A stretch of DNA of 62,441 nucleotides from an uncultured Collinsella sp. (GCA_965141565.1 CBCSNQ010000001.1:1-62441); one strand, 5' to 3'. Positions 1-11,266 are shown, counted from the first letter of the stretch. The notes: generated from the sequence alone by a model not told the origin. Numbers and translations: made by a program.

Positions 1-526
<526 letters not shown>

Positions 527-1426
527 TTAGTACTCGCGCGGGCTGTTGACGATCTCGCCGGCGGCGACCTTCTTGAGGTGCTGCCCGTAGACCGACTTGC
601 CGTAGGCCTTCGCGGCCTGCCTGAGCCCCTCGGTCGTGATCCAGCCGTTCTCCCAGGCGATCTCCTCGGGGACCGAGACCGGCAGGTCCTGGGAGTGCTC
701 CACGGCGCGGACGAACTCCGCGGCCTCGTGCAGGCTCTCCATGGTGCCGGTGTCCAGCCACGCGTAGCCGCGGCCGAGGGTCACCACGGACAGCGTCCCC
801 TCCTCCAGGTACATCCGGTTGAGGTCGGTGATCTCCAGCTCGCCGCGGGCCGAGGGCCTCACCTCGTGCGCCTTGGCGGCGACGTCGCCCGGGTAGAAGT
901 ACAGGCCGGTGACGGCGTAGGAGCTCTTGGGCTCGGCGGGCTTCTCCTCGATGGAGACGGCCCTCCCCTGCGCATCGAACTCCACGACGCCGAAGCGCTC
1001 GGGGTCGTCCACGTGGTAGCCGAAGACCGTGGCCCTACCGGACTCTGCGTTCTGGACGGCGCGCGTCAGGTGGCGCGACAGGCCGTTGCCGTAGAAGATG
1101 TTGTCGCCCAGCACCAGGGCGCAAGGCTCGCCGGCGATGAACTCCTCGCCGATGGTGAAGGCCTGCGCCAGGCCGTCGGGGCTCGGCTGCTCGGCGTAGG
1201 AGAGGTTCACGCCGTAGCGCGACCCGTCCCCGAGCAGGCGCTCGAAGTTGGGCAGGTCGGTCGGCGTGGAGATGACCAGGATGTCCCGGATGCCCGCCAG
1301 CATGAGGGTGGACAGCGGGTAGTAGATCATGGGCTTGTCGTAGACCGGCAGCAGCTGCTTGGAGGTCACGAGCGTGAGCGGGTACAGGCGGGTGCCGGAC
1401 CCGCCGGCGAGGATGATGCCTTTCAT
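527..1426 (-). CDS. rfbA: glucose-1-phosphate thymidylyltransferase
   Basis: [18 protein letters not shown]...[33 protein letters not shown] and WLDTGT motifs. Confidence 0.97.
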   Translation of the reverse strand: MKGIILAGGSGTRLYPLTLVTSKQLLPVYDKPMIYYPLSTLMLAGIRDILVISTPTDLPNFERLLGDGSRYGVNLSYAEQPSPDGLAQAFTIGEEFIAGEPCALVLGDNIFYGNGLSRHLTRAVQNAESGRATVFGYHVDDPERFGVVEFDAQGRAVSIEEKPAEPKSSYAVTGLYFYPGDVAAKAHEVRPSARGELEITDLNRMYLEEGTLSVVTLGRGYAWLDTGTMESLHEAAEFVRAVEHSQDLPVSVPEEIAWENGWITTEGLRQAAKAYGKSVYGQHLKKVAAGEIVNSPREY

Positions 1427-1450
1427 ATAAATACCTCCACTGGAACGACT

Positions 1451-2269
1451 TTATAAAGTATTACTATTTTGGCCTCTCGAGTATAAAACATTGATTAAAC
1501 GCGCGATCTTATCTGGCCAAAACTTTCGAAGCATCAAGTAATCTTCCGTAGTGCGCGTATTATCTTTAATAAGTGCAGACGTTTCAGATTCAGAATGAAT
1601 TCTATGCTTTGTTAGTTTTTCTGAACAATAGCAGAAGTCTCCATCCAGTTGAGAAATATGCTCCCAAGCTTCCCAATCCAAATTCGATTTAAAGCCTTCC
1701 TTAAAAATCGGAGTTTTTAAATTGGGCAGAACTAAGGTCACCGACGGACAACAGATTGATGACCCAAAAGAAAGAGAAAGGCGTTTTACAAATTTTTTCG
1801 AAGATAATTGTTTACTTTTCAGGGGAAACAATAAAATCCTTTTTATGTTTAGGAGCAAACTCGACGAGCAGACCGAGCCATCGCGAAGCTCCTCATAATC
1901 CGTAAAGAAAATCAAAGGTTTGCGGCTCTGATTCACTCGCTCGAGCATACTTTCGACATATGAGCCGGAGTAAACATCATCTTGATGCGCAATAGTAATT
2001 AGCTCAGTTGAACAATGATTGACAGCGCAATTCCAGTCATGAGCTATACCCGCAGGACCTTCATTGATAAACAAAGGCAAATCGTAACGATCAGCGACCG
2101 ATGCGATTAGATCGTTAGAAGTGCTTGTCGAGATAATGACATTAGATTTTATGGATTGATTTAAAAGTGATTCAACACAGTCAATCAAATAAGGCGATTT
2201 TCCATACGCGCAAACAACAAAGGTATGATTGTATTTGCTATACAATTCCGCTCCCTGAAAGTCTATCAA
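1451..2269 (-). CDS. glycosyltransferase family 2
   Basis: FVVCAYG...AHQDD (DxD-like)...ICCPSV...LDWEAW; low-GC block; start codon uncertain. Confidence 0.85.
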   Translation of the reverse strand: MIDFQGAELYSKYNHTFVVCAYGKSPYLIDCVESLLNQSIKSNVIISTSTSNDLIASVADRYDLPLFINEGPAGIAHDWNCAVNHCSTELITIAHQDDVYSGSYVESMLERVNQSRKPLIFFTDYEELRDGSVCSSSLLLNIKRILLFPLKSKQLSSKKFVKRLSLSFGSSICCPSVTLVLPNLKTPIFKEGFKSNLDWEAWEHISQLDGDFCYCSEKLTKHRIHSESETSALIKDNTRTTEDYLMLRKFWPDKIARLINVLYSRGQNSNTL

Positions 2270-2318
2270 CTGTAAAATATTCTAAAACAACTATACAAGT
2301 GTTATAGGAGATAACTCA

Positions 2319-3305
2319 ATGAATCTCGTTTATACGATTGATAACAATTTTGTTCCTCAATTGGCCGCGAATATTCAATCGGTAAAACAAAACAACCCTA
2401 ATACCCATTTGAATTTCTATATATTATCGATGGGTTTAAGTAAAGCAAATGTTGACAATTTAACAGGTTTTTTCTCAGATGAGCTATGCGATGTAATCAT
2501 CATTGACATCAGCGATTTTAAAGACAGGATTGCATTTGAATTCGACACAACGGGATGGAATGAGATTGTCCTTGCACGACTCCTGCTAGACAATTATCTT
2601 CCGAATAAAATTGAAAGAGTCATTTACTTAGACGCTGACACAATTTGCAGGTCATCTTTAAGGGGACTCTGGCAAGCTGACCTAGATGGAAAGACTATTG
2701 CCATGGCGCCGGAGCCCACAGCAGACAGAAATAGAAGAACAAGCCTCGGCATTGGCTCCTATCCATATTGCAATGCCGGTGTCGTTCTCTTTAATTTGAA
2801 AAAATGGAGGGATAACGACATGGAGAAAGGAATACTAAATTTCTGCAAACGGAATAAAGAGAAGTTGTTCGCAAACGATCAGGATGCCTTAAACGTCTAT
2901 CTCAAGGACGACATCAAAGTAATGTCAATTTCTTATAATTATTCAAATATATTCGATTACTATCCATTTGAATATTTAAATAAACTTATGCCAAACTTCT
3001 GCAGCAAAATAGCATTCGAACATGCAAGAGCAAATCCGGCTATAGTTCATTTTCTCGGAGAAGATCGTCCTTGGCGAGCTGGAAACACCCATAGGTTCTC
3101 TTCAGACTATTTCTATTATCTTAGACAAACCCCTTGGTCTGAAGCTCCAATCGAATATGGCTGGGAGCAGTACTACAAGGCATGGGGTTTGTTCAATACA
3201 ATTACTTCGCCCTTTCCTTCCGCAAGATACAAAGCCATCACCTCGCTTATTCCTTTATTTATGAAAGTTCGAGCAAAGAAAAGGAAGCAAGATGAATCCC
3301 GATAA
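2319..3305 (+). CDS. glycosyltransferase family 8
   Basis: VIYLDAD, NAGVVLFNL, NDQDALN and IVHFLG..RPW GT8 motifs; GGAG RBS upstream. Confidence 0.92.
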   Translation: MNLVYTIDNNFVPQLAANIQSVKQNNPNTHLNFYILSMGLSKANVDNLTGFFSDELCDVIIIDISDFKDRIAFEFDTTGWNEIVLARLLLDNYLPNKIERVIYLDADTICRSSLRGLWQADLDGKTIAMAPEPTADRNRRTSLGIGSYPYCNAGVVLFNLKKWRDNDMEKGILNFCKRNKEKLFANDQDALNVYLKDDIKVMSISYNYSNIFDYYPFEYLNKLMPNFCSKIAFEHARANPAIVHFLGEDRPWRAGNTHRFSSDYFYYLRQTPWSEAPIEYGWEQYYKAWGLFNTITSPFPSARYKAITSLIPLFMKVRAKKRKQDESR

Positions 3306-4218
3306 GAACAAGGCTTGCGTCATTTTACCAACCTATAACGGGGCTAAGTTTATCAATGAGACTCTAGTCTCGATTAACAATCAGTCCTACAACAATATAG
3401 AAGTATTTATCAGAGATGACGGCTCCACGGATAGCACCGTTGAAATGATTAAGTCTTTTATTAAAGACAAAGATAACTTTACATTACTAGAAAGCGACAA
3501 TCAAAATCTTGGAGTCCCCGGCAGCTTCTATGAGATTTTGCGGAGGATTCCGTCTACTTATGGCTATTATTTCTATGCTGATCAGGACGATTACTGGGAG
3601 AAACAAAAAATAGAGTATGCCATCAAGTTATTAAATGATCAGCATAATGGTATTCCTAAGGTGTACTTCTCTTCTTTTGAGTATTGCGACTCCAACTTAA
3701 ATCACATCCGCTATTCTTCCGACCAAACTAAGAACTGCGATTTTTATCACAGCTTGTTTTACACACTAGGACTTGGTTTCACTATCGCATTTAACCGTGA
3801 AGCATTTAACCAGTTTATTAAAAATGTTAATCCAGGCGACGAAATGCACGACAGATGGATAATACGCTGTGCCTGCGCACTAGGCCAGCTGGTTTACGAT
3901 AAAAGACCTACAGCAAAGCATATCAGGCATGACGCAGCCGTAACCGCTTCTGATAACCACATGATTGATTTATTCAAGTATTTTATTAAAGAGGAGTTGT
4001 TTGGCACAAAGGCACAGATTGAAGCAGAAAAACTTTCACATTTTAAGAATTGTTTTAACGATAAATTAAATAACGATGAATTGGAAGCACTAAACCTGTT
4101 CACTGAAGCAAAAGGCATACCCAGCCAGCTCAAAAAAGCGCTGTTCCCACATCGACTAAGACCAACTTATATAAGTGAATTTTGCCTCAGGTTCCTATTT
4201 TTGATTGGAAAAATTTAA
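3292..4218 (+). CDS. glycosyltransferase family 2 (RgpB-like, putative rhamnosyltransferase)
   Basis: ILPTYNG...IRDDGSTD...YADQDDYW...MHDRW. Confidence 0.88.
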   Translation: MNPDKNKACVILPTYNGAKFINETLVSINNQSYNNIEVFIRDDGSTDSTVEMIKSFIKDKDNFTLLESDNQNLGVPGSFYEILRRIPSTYGYYFYADQDDYWEKQKIEYAIKLLNDQHNGIPKVYFSSFEYCDSNLNHIRYSSDQTKNCDFYHSLFYTLGLGFTIAFNREAFNQFIKNVNPGDEMHDRWIIRCACALGQLVYDKRPTAKHIRHDAAVTASDNHMIDLFKYFIKEELFGTKAQIEAEKLSHFKNCFNDKLNNDELEALNLFTEAKGIPSQLKKALFPHRLRPTYISEFCLRFLFLIGKI

Positions 4219-5182
4219 GTTGCAAATACAAAATCCCCCCCAAGTTCAAATCGTAATGGCCGTTTATAACGGATCTCTCTATTTGAAAGAACAAATAGAA
4301 TCGATTATCAACCAGGATTATAAAAACTGGCAACTACTCATTTCGGATGATAATTCAAATGATGACAGCGTAGAGATCATCAATCGCTACGCTGCTAAAG
4401 ATAATAGAATCAAGGTTGTATTAAAAGATTCAACCTTCGGTAATGCGGGCACACATTTCTTATCGCTATTAAAGATAACTACCAGCAAATACGTCATGTG
4501 TTCCGATCAAGATGACGTGTGGGATTCAGATAAAATAACCACATGCCTCAGCGCTATGATACAAGAAGAGGCGATGTCCCCTGATACCCCGATCCTCATT
4601 CATACTGATTTAAGAGTGGTTGACAGTAAATTAAATCGCATTGCCGATTCTTTCTATAAGTATTCAGGTATTAATCCAAACACCTCAACCTTCGAATTTC
4701 ATATTGCAACGGCAAATGTTACTGGATGCACTATGCTAATTAATGACAGTCTAAGAGACCTGATCAAATTAACGAATGATGATCGCTACATTTGCATGCA
4801 TGATTGGTGGTGCTCGTTAATCGCATCGGCATTTGGACGTATCGGCTTTATAGACAATCAAACAATTTGTTATCGTCAACACGAAAACAATACTCTTGGT
4901 GCACAAGAAAAATCTTTATGGAATTCTATACATCAGATAGAAAAGCTAAAAGCCGATACGATTAAAACTATTGAGCAGGCTGAGTCTTTCAAAGAAGTTT
5001 ATGGCTCCATGTTAAGTAAAAAACAAATAACTCATCTCGATAGCTACATTCAATTAAAAAGTTGCAACACCATTCAAGTGCCAATAAATTTAAACAAGGC
5101 AAGGGTATGGAGACACAACCTGCGCGGTAATCTTGGGCTCTTAGGGACCTTTATCTTAATATCAGTAAAAGGTCTGAAATAG
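4205..5182 (+). CDS. glycosyltransferase family 2 (RgpB-like, putative rhamnosyltransferase)
   Basis: VMAVYNG...SDQDDVW...VTGCTM...MHDWW...YRQHENN; overlaps the previous gene; start uncertain. Confidence 0.88.
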   Translation: MEKFKLQIQNPPQVQIVMAVYNGSLYLKEQIESIINQDYKNWQLLISDDNSNDDSVEIINRYAAKDNRIKVVLKDSTFGNAGTHFLSLLKITTSKYVMCSDQDDVWDSDKITTCLSAMIQEEAMSPDTPILIHTDLRVVDSKLNRIADSFYKYSGINPNTSTFEFHIATANVTGCTMLINDSLRDLIKLTNDDRYICMHDWWCSLIASAFGRIGFIDNQTICYRQHENNTLGAQEKSLWNSIHQIEKLKADTIKTIEQAESFKEVYGSMLSKKQITHLDSYIQLKSCNTIQVPINLNKARVWRHNLRGNLGLLGTFILISVKGLK

Positions 5183-5209
5183 ATTCATAGTGAATCAAAA
5201 AATGAGCAG

Positions 5210-6010
5210 TTATTTAGTTTTTAACCAATCAGGAGTATAGGGCATATTATATTTCCCCTGCTTAATATGCCTCAATACTTTTAATGCGCTTGGCTCCTCC
5301 GTATTGATCATGGGAAACGTTTTGACGGTATTCTGATTTTTAATTAGCCAGACATTCAATAAAATCTCTGAGACATACCCAAAAATACGTTTTTGTGACT
5401 TAGAATAATCACTAAGATCAACAATATTCTCGAATTCAAAGAGAATCTTAAATAGCCATTCGCAGTACGAGTCAAATAATTGCTTAGAACAAATCAACAT
5501 ATTGCAATAATAAGCTGATCCAGAATTTAGAACAGCATCATATGTTTCAACATACTCCTTCGATATATTAGATATCGTGTCTCGCAAAACACCTAAATCA
5601 GTCTCATGACCGACACTAAGTGCATAATTTGAAAATACAGTTCTATTTTTCCAAATATACTGCTCAGGCAAAACAAAATCGCAATAACTTAGCGCAGAGA
5701 GAATATCATCTTCCTTTAAAAAATACTTATAGCTATTCGAATATCTATTAGTGGATAAGTACCTACGGTAATGTTCAATGCCGATAAAGCCATTAGAAGC
5801 TATATTCTTCCATAACCAATAAACGGCAGTTAATTCACAGAAGGTACTATTTTTAGCAGAAATGTTGTCACCGCTATTATCCCTAATTATTGGAGCATTG
5901 TTCCATAAAAGCTCATTTCCAAAACCAACCTGAATAGGGCAATAGAGCGGATCGCAGGGAAACTCTGCCTGTTTATGCGTTACGACATAGACTTTATTGT
6001 TCACGAACAT
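5210..6010 (-). CDS. DUF4422 domain protein (putative galactofuranosyl/glycosyltransferase)
   Basis: VVTHK...GDNISAKNSTFCELTAVYWLWKN...GIEHYRRY...RIFGYVSE motifs. Confidence 0.85.
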   Translation of the reverse strand: MFVNNKVYVVTHKQAEFPCDPLYCPIQVGFGNELLWNNAPIIRDNSGDNISAKNSTFCELTAVYWLWKNIASNGFIGIEHYRRYLSTNRYSNSYKYFLKEDDILSALSYCDFVLPEQYIWKNRTVFSNYALSVGHETDLGVLRDTISNISKEYVETYDAVLNSGSAYYCNMLICSKQLFDSYCEWLFKILFEFENIVDLSDYSKSQKRIFGYVSEILLNVWLIKNQNTVKTFPMINTEEPSALKVLRHIKQGKYNMPYTPDWLKTK

Positions 6011-7445
6011 CCCCTAAAACAAGAAACCGAACTGTTTTATAGTACAGAACACTGAAGAATAAATAAATGAAAGCGCCGAAGAGAATCAGACTGAATAAAT
6101 AGACCCACGAATAACCCAAATACGTGATGAATACAGGAGAAATAATTGCAACCAAAATAAGCATTAATACACCGATGATCACATAGGGAAGAGCACTAAC
6201 AACCATACGGGATAAATTAAGCTGCTTTTTTACGTAAACGCCCTGAACAAACAGGACGGTAAGTTCCGTGAGAACAGTGGCGATTCCAGCACCAATGGAG
6301 CCATAAGGTTTTAATAACAAACAGCATAGTAATATATTTGCAATTGCTCCGAAAACAACAGACTTAGTATATTGTTTGTCCATGTTCTTAGGCAGCATAT
6401 ATTGAACACCCAGTACGTTGCTTGCGGCAATGATTGGGATCATAATTGCTACGATAGGGAGAACAATGGAACACTTTCCAAAGCCTGGCCCAAAATAGAT
6501 ATCAGCAATCGGCTTGGCAACCGCAACAATCCCAAAAGCAAGTCCAAGAGAAATAAACTGCATTATTTCAAAAGAGCTCTGGAGAAGAGATTCAGACTCT
6601 TTCCCATTATTTGAGCAACTCATAGATTCAGTCATATGAGGAAGCATCACGGTACCCAATGCAGTAACAACAGCCAGAGGCATTCTTGCCACTTTGTCGC
6701 TGTATTCAAACAGCCCAGCCTCATTCATACCAGAAACCAAACCTAAAAGAATCTTATCGAAAGACGAATAGAGCGATATAGCGATTACAGGTGCAAATAA
6801 CCTGAGATTCGGAACAAAATGTCGCTTAATCTCTGCCCAGGGGCAGCTAATGAAATCAACATATCGATTTACGAATGGGAACAGCATGAGGGCATTCAGG
6901 AAAAAGGGGAGTGAAATTCCCAATACGTATGCCCACAAATCATCAGAAGTTCTACAAAAAACAAAAATGATAAAGGTACCAACTAGTTTCGTGATAACAC
7001 TTCTAACGGTTGGGACAGCGAACTCCTCCACCCCAAAGTACAGCCAAGAAATATCAAGTGAGCTAGACACCACCCAAAATAGCCATATAAATGAGCTGAC
7101 AATATAAGCTCTATTGCTGAAAGCAATTATATAAACTAGATATATACATAAAACCGGAAGGGAGACTAAAACTTGTGCGGCCCACGCGGAACAAAATACC
7201 TTCGATCTCCGCTCTCTGTTATCACCACATTTAGCAATCTCTCGAACTCCATATTGAGCCATTCCAAGCGTGGCAAACAATACAAAGTAGTTTGCTATCG
7301 AGTATGTATATGAATATACTCCAACACCGTCCGTTCCAAGCACACGCGAGACATAAGGAATGGTAAGTAAAGGAATTAGTAAAGATAAAACCTGATACGT
7401 GGTATTCCACACCATGTTTTTTACTAATTTATTGCGAGACGACAC
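5994..7445 (-). CDS. Wzx-type polysaccharide flippase
   Basis: Multi-TM; KNMVWNTTYQVLSLLIPLLTIPYVSRVLG...G.YSYTYSIANYF; GTG start at 7445 chosen because GGAG lies 7 nt upstream. Confidence 0.9.
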   Translation of the reverse strand: MSSRNKLVKNMVWNTTYQVLSLLIPLLTIPYVSRVLGTDGVGVYSYTYSIANYFVLFATLGMAQYGVREIAKCGDNRERRSKVFCSAWAAQVLVSLPVLCIYLVYIIAFSNRAYIVSSFIWLFWVVSSSLDISWLYFGVEEFAVPTVRSVITKLVGTFIIFVFCRTSDDLWAYVLGISLPFFLNALMLFPFVNRYVDFISCPWAEIKRHFVPNLRLFAPVIAISLYSSFDKILLGLVSGMNEAGLFEYSDKVARMPLAVVTALGTVMLPHMTESMSCSNNGKESESLLQSSFEIMQFISLGLAFGIVAVAKPIADIYFGPGFGKCSIVLPIVAIMIPIIAASNVLGVQYMLPKNMDKQYTKSVVFGAIANILLCCLLLKPYGSIGAGIATVLTELTVLFVQGVYVKKQLNLSRMVVSALPYVIIGVLMLILVAIISPVFITYLGYSWVYLFSLILFGAFIYLFFSVLYYKTVRFLVLGDVREQ

Positions 7446-7465
7446 TCCGAAACTCCAATTAATAC

Positions 7466-10273
7466 CTAGCCAACATAACAAGACAGCTCTCTCGCAATTG
7501 AGGCTATATGCTCACCATAACCTTCACCAGGAACAGCCCATTTCCCATTCAACTTTGTTAGACATTGAGCTGAACCTCTTTTAACCATAGAAAATCTTGG
7601 ATCCACGCAATCCCCACGAAGTGGATCCGTTGATGCATATGCTTTCAGATGCTGGGTCTGGGCCCGTAAACCAATACCCACCGAATCAAAAGAAGCACCG
7701 GCTACACCGCTATCAGTTGACCCCAAGCCTCCAAAATTGCACTGTCCCGCGGAAACATTGCCTCCGAATCGAAGCCACCCAGTTTCAATCATAACTTGTG
7801 CAAAAAGCACTTCAGGACGAACTCCCTCAAAAGACGCTTCGGATATCAAGGTTTTACAGAATTCATCGATGGAACAGGCACCCTTATCTTTATAAATATC
7901 AGAAGGGTAAACACCCATGCCAACCTTAGACAGATAATAACCTGCCATTTGATCATAATTTACAAAAGAGACCCCCATAATCAGCTCGTCATTTGAAAAG
8001 GGAGCGCCGGATCGGCCTTCATAAAATCCGAAAGTAAGGTAATGCAAATAATACGAATCGAGTCGATTTCCATATGCAATTTGCAAATCAGTATATCGAT
8101 TTTTATAGCTCTGCACGTCGAACGCCTCGTTGCCGCGGCGGCCCTCGGCCATGCCGCAGCCGACGAAGTGGCGCAGGACGGCGGCGTCGTCAATGAGGGA
8201 CAAGGCGCCCACCTTCTTGGTGTAGCAGCCCTTGACGTCGGCGTTGTGCTCGAGATAGTACTCCGGGTCGTAGACGGCAGAGTAGTCCGTGCCGCCGAGG
8301 GACGTCCGCATACCCTTGATCGACGCGCAGCCGGACGGGTGGCGGCCCTCCCCCTTGCCGAAGGTCGCGTAGTGCTCGTAGTACCTGACGATGTCGGTGC
8401 CGAAGGCGGCCCTCAGGTCTGGGTACTCGTTGTAGTAGCTCTGGACGTCGAACGCCTCGTTGCCGCGGCGGCCCTCGGCCATGCCGCAGCCGACGAAGTG
8501 GCGCAGGACGGCGGCGTCGTCAATGAGGGACAAGGCGCCCACCTTCTTGGTGTAGCAGCCCTTGACGTCGGCGTTGTGCTCGAGATAGTACTCCGGGTCG
8601 TAGACGGCAGAGTAGTCCGTGCCGCCGAGGGACGTCCGCATACCCTTGATCGACGCGCAGCCGGACGGGTGGCGGCCCTCCCCCTTGCCGAAGGTCGCGT
8701 AGTGCTCGTAGTACCTGACGATGTCGGTGCCGAAGGCGGCCCTCAGGTCTGGGTACTCGTTGTAGTAGCTCTGGACGTCGAACGCCTCGTTGCCGCGGCG
8801 GCCCTCGGCCATGCCGCAGTTAATGAAGTGTTGGAGGGCCTTTTCCTTATCGTTGTTGGCCCATTTAGCAACATCAGGATTATTCTTCAAGTAATAGTCC
8901 GCATCAAATACAGCGGAGTAATCCATCCAACTAGAGCGCGGGAATTGAGCAATGATCGCGTCGGCGTCCGCTTCACCCAGACGCTTGCAGCCGGGATCGC
9001 TAAAGTAATTCCAAACATCACCCGAATTTGAAATAAAGCCATGCTCAATCAAAATACCGGGGATTCCCTGCTCGCGAGCACAACGAATAACTGCGAACTC
9101 ATCACCGAGCTCCATTTGAAACACTCCGCGATAGCTAAGGCCAAGAGCATGTAAGTTATTCATTACTTTCTGAGCAAGTTCAACGGATGCCTGGGTATAG
9201 TCAGAACCGTTTGCCGTGGGGGCATATACCTCAGCTCCGTGCGCACCGGATCCACCTGAGTTGATATGAAAACTAACAAATGCCCGAGCGCCCTGGCTCA
9301 CACAGCGCTGAACACGGTACAGGAAGTCGTTGCCACTATATGAGCCATATTGATCGCGTGACATAACCACTTTAAAGCCGTACCGCTCAAGCTTCGCCTT
9401 ACAAGCGACCGCGATCTTCCAAGTTAAGTCGGCCTCACTTTTTCCATTGCCCTGCGCACCAGGATCCATACCGCCGTGCCCGGGATCAAGAGCAATCACA
9501 TAAGCACCGTTGACGGCGGTGTTTGAAAGCGAAAGCGACTGCTCCCCATTTGCGGCAGCAAGCGCGTCACCAATCGAGGTAGTCTGAATCGCGTTGCCAG
9601 AATCGTCTGAATAGTAGACAGATGCATTGGTGTCGCCTTCAACAAGACCGTCGTCTGCGGCGGCATTCGCATCGATGTCGAACGCATATCCGCATTGCAT
9701 CAAATCGATATTGTGCGCCGTATCGTCGCCCTGCAAATGATAGGCGATCGAAATCAAATCATACCCACACTCGGCATAATCCTTGCCAAACTGAAAGGCA
9801 GCCGTGTTGGCATTAATCGCAGAAGCTACAACGAAAAAGGTGTGACCAGTTGTAGATTCAAGCTCGAGAGTTGCGTCGGCAATAACATCAGAATCACTTG
9901 GGGTGGCGAAAGCAATCACCTGGTCTACGCCGACCGGCAGCTGAGGGTAAGCGATATAGAGATACTGATACGAGTCCGCTGAAACGTCACTGCCCCCATC
10001 GGATATAACGGAAGAATCAATTTCTTCTTCCGCAAGATTGTCAGACTCGTTCCAGCTCCCAACTGAGACAGAGGAGTCGGAGGCGCTAGCCAAGTCTGCA
10101 TTGTTCGCGGAATCCGCAACCTCAGCAGACGAATCCTGTTGAGCAAGTTCCTCATTGATTGCATAGGCAGTAGCAACCGGCCCAATCAATGGATTAAGTC
10201 CAATAACTAACGCCGCAACGAATGTCGCAAGTAGTTGCAGATGACGTTTCATACCAATCCCCATCAGATACAA
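7466..10273 (-). CDS. secreted cell-wall hydrolase: N-acetylmuramoyl-L-alanine amidase (Amidase_3) + YPD/EGR repeats + C-terminal glucosaminidase-like domain
   Basis: Signal peptide; IALDPGHGG.DPGA..E, FVSFHINS, ILIEHGFISN; C-terminal AQVMIETG..F...NFGGLG...KWA. Confidence 0.88.
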   Translation of the reverse strand: MYLMGIGMKRHLQLLATFVAALVIGLNPLIGPVATAYAINEELAQQDSSAEVADSANNADLASASDSSVSVGSWNESDNLAEEEIDSSVISDGGSDVSADSYQYLYIAYPQLPVGVDQVIAFATPSDSDVIADATLELESTTGHTFFVVASAINANTAAFQFGKDYAECGYDLISIAYHLQGDDTAHNIDLMQCGYAFDIDANAAADDGLVEGDTNASVYYSDDSGNAIQTTSIGDALAAANGEQSLSLSNTAVNGAYVIALDPGHGGMDPGAQGNGKSEADLTWKIAVACKAKLERYGFKVVMSRDQYGSYSGNDFLYRVQRCVSQGARAFVSFHINSGGSGAHGAEVYAPTANGSDYTQASVELAQKVMNNLHALGLSYRGVFQMELGDEFAVIRCAREQGIPGILIEHGFISNSGDVWNYFSDPGCKRLGEADADAIIAQFPRSSWMDYSAVFDADYYLKNNPDVAKWANNDKEKALQHFINCGMAEGRRGNEAFDVQSYYNEYPDLRAAFGTDIVRYYEHYATFGKGEGRHPSGCASIKGMRTSLGGTDYSAVYDPEYYLEHNADVKGCYTKKVGALSLIDDAAVLRHFVGCGMAEGRRGNEAFDVQSYYNEYPDLRAAFGTDIVRYYEHYATFGKGEGRHPSGCASIKGMRTSLGGTDYSAVYDPEYYLEHNADVKGCYTKKVGALSLIDDAAVLRHFVGCGMAEGRRGNEAFDVQSYKNRYTDLQIAYGNRLDSYYLHYLTFGFYEGRSGAPFSNDELIMGVSFVNYDQMAGYYLSKVGMGVYPSDIYKDKGACSIDEFCKTLISEASFEGVRPEVLFAQVMIETGWLRFGGNVSAGQCNFGGLGSTDSGVAGASFDSVGIGLRAQTQHLKAYASTDPLRGDCVDPRFSMVKRGSAQCLTKLNGKWAVPGEGYGEHIASIARELSCYVG
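8115..8819. repeat. in-frame tandem repeat with a 330-bp period (about 2.1 copies), GC-rich, inside the amidase gene
   Basis: acgtcgaacgcctcgttgccgcggcggccctcggccatgccgcag begins at 8115, 8445 and 8775; the intervening sequence appears identical. Confidence 0.95.
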
Positions 10274-10442
10274 GTACAGATGATGCTCTCGAAATTATAA
10301 GGCAGGTGAAGCCCATAATAATCGCATGAGTCAAGTCCCCATCTAATGATGGCTTTCAAAGCAGCGATAATGCCGTGACTCAGAAACTACTGTTTAATGA
10401 CACACATTTAAAATAACGATTATACGAAGGGCAACTCATCTT

Positions 10443-11054
10443 ATGCTCTCACAAGTAAATACCATAGCATTTGCAAGTACAGAAGTGACAAATGGCATAG
10501 CAATCAAAGGGAGAACCCATGAGCAGCAAGCCAACCGCAAAAGCACTACCCGGAAAACCGATCGAAGCAAATACCGTATCGTCCATGGAACTGAACTACA
10601 CAAGGGATTCTATTGCGATGACAATAATTTTGCGAACCTCAGAGAGATTGACTACGATGGCCATCTGACTCAAATTAACGACGAGGAGCACCTAACATCA
10701 GCGGAATGTCTTCTCCGGGGGTCATGCCAGGCATTCGCCTTGAAAGTCGAAGCGATTCTCGGATACAGGGCATTCATTATTGAAGCATGCGACGGGAAGG
10801 GTCAACATGTATTTTGTCAAGCTACTTTAAATGGCAAAAATGCGTTTATCGATGCCCGAGGGGTGACAACAAGCTTCGACGAATTCATGGAGGTGGCCGC
10901 GGAGTTTGTCAAAGGGCCTTTTGTCATAAGACTCATAGATAAAGATGACGCCGCCGAATGGCAGAGAAACTCGGACACTAATTCGCACGAAGAGTACCTC
11001 GCACTTGCTGAAGCAGTAATCAAAGCAAATATAGAGTGTTACAAGTTAGATTGA
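10443..11054 (+). CDS. hypothetical protein with a possible Cys-His-Asp (transglutaminase/papain-like) triad
   Basis: 203-aa ORF with GSCQAFAL...GQHVFC...FIDARG; 5' end uncertain. Confidence 0.55.
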   Translation: MLSQVNTIAFASTEVTNGIAIKGRTHEQQANRKSTTRKTDRSKYRIVHGTELHKGFYCDDNNFANLREIDYDGHLTQINDEEHLTSAECLLRGSCQAFALKVEAILGYRAFIIEACDGKGQHVFCQATLNGKNAFIDARGVTTSFDEFMEVAAEFVKGPFVIRLIDKDDAAEWQRNSDTNSHEEYLALAEAVIKANIECYKLD

Positions 11055-11266
11055 TTTACATGTATATTGGCCCACGCAATCCATCAGGCCATAAATCAAA
11101 ACAAAGAAACTGCATTCGAAGTCAGCCACTTTTTTTGACCTGATTTATGCGAGGCCACGGCGAAGAACAACGCAACGGTTTTGGCTGTTTTCACTCATAT
11201 GCAACTAAAACCGTTGCAAATGCAATTAGGTATAATTCTTCCAAATCGCCTAGAGAAAGTGTTTGA

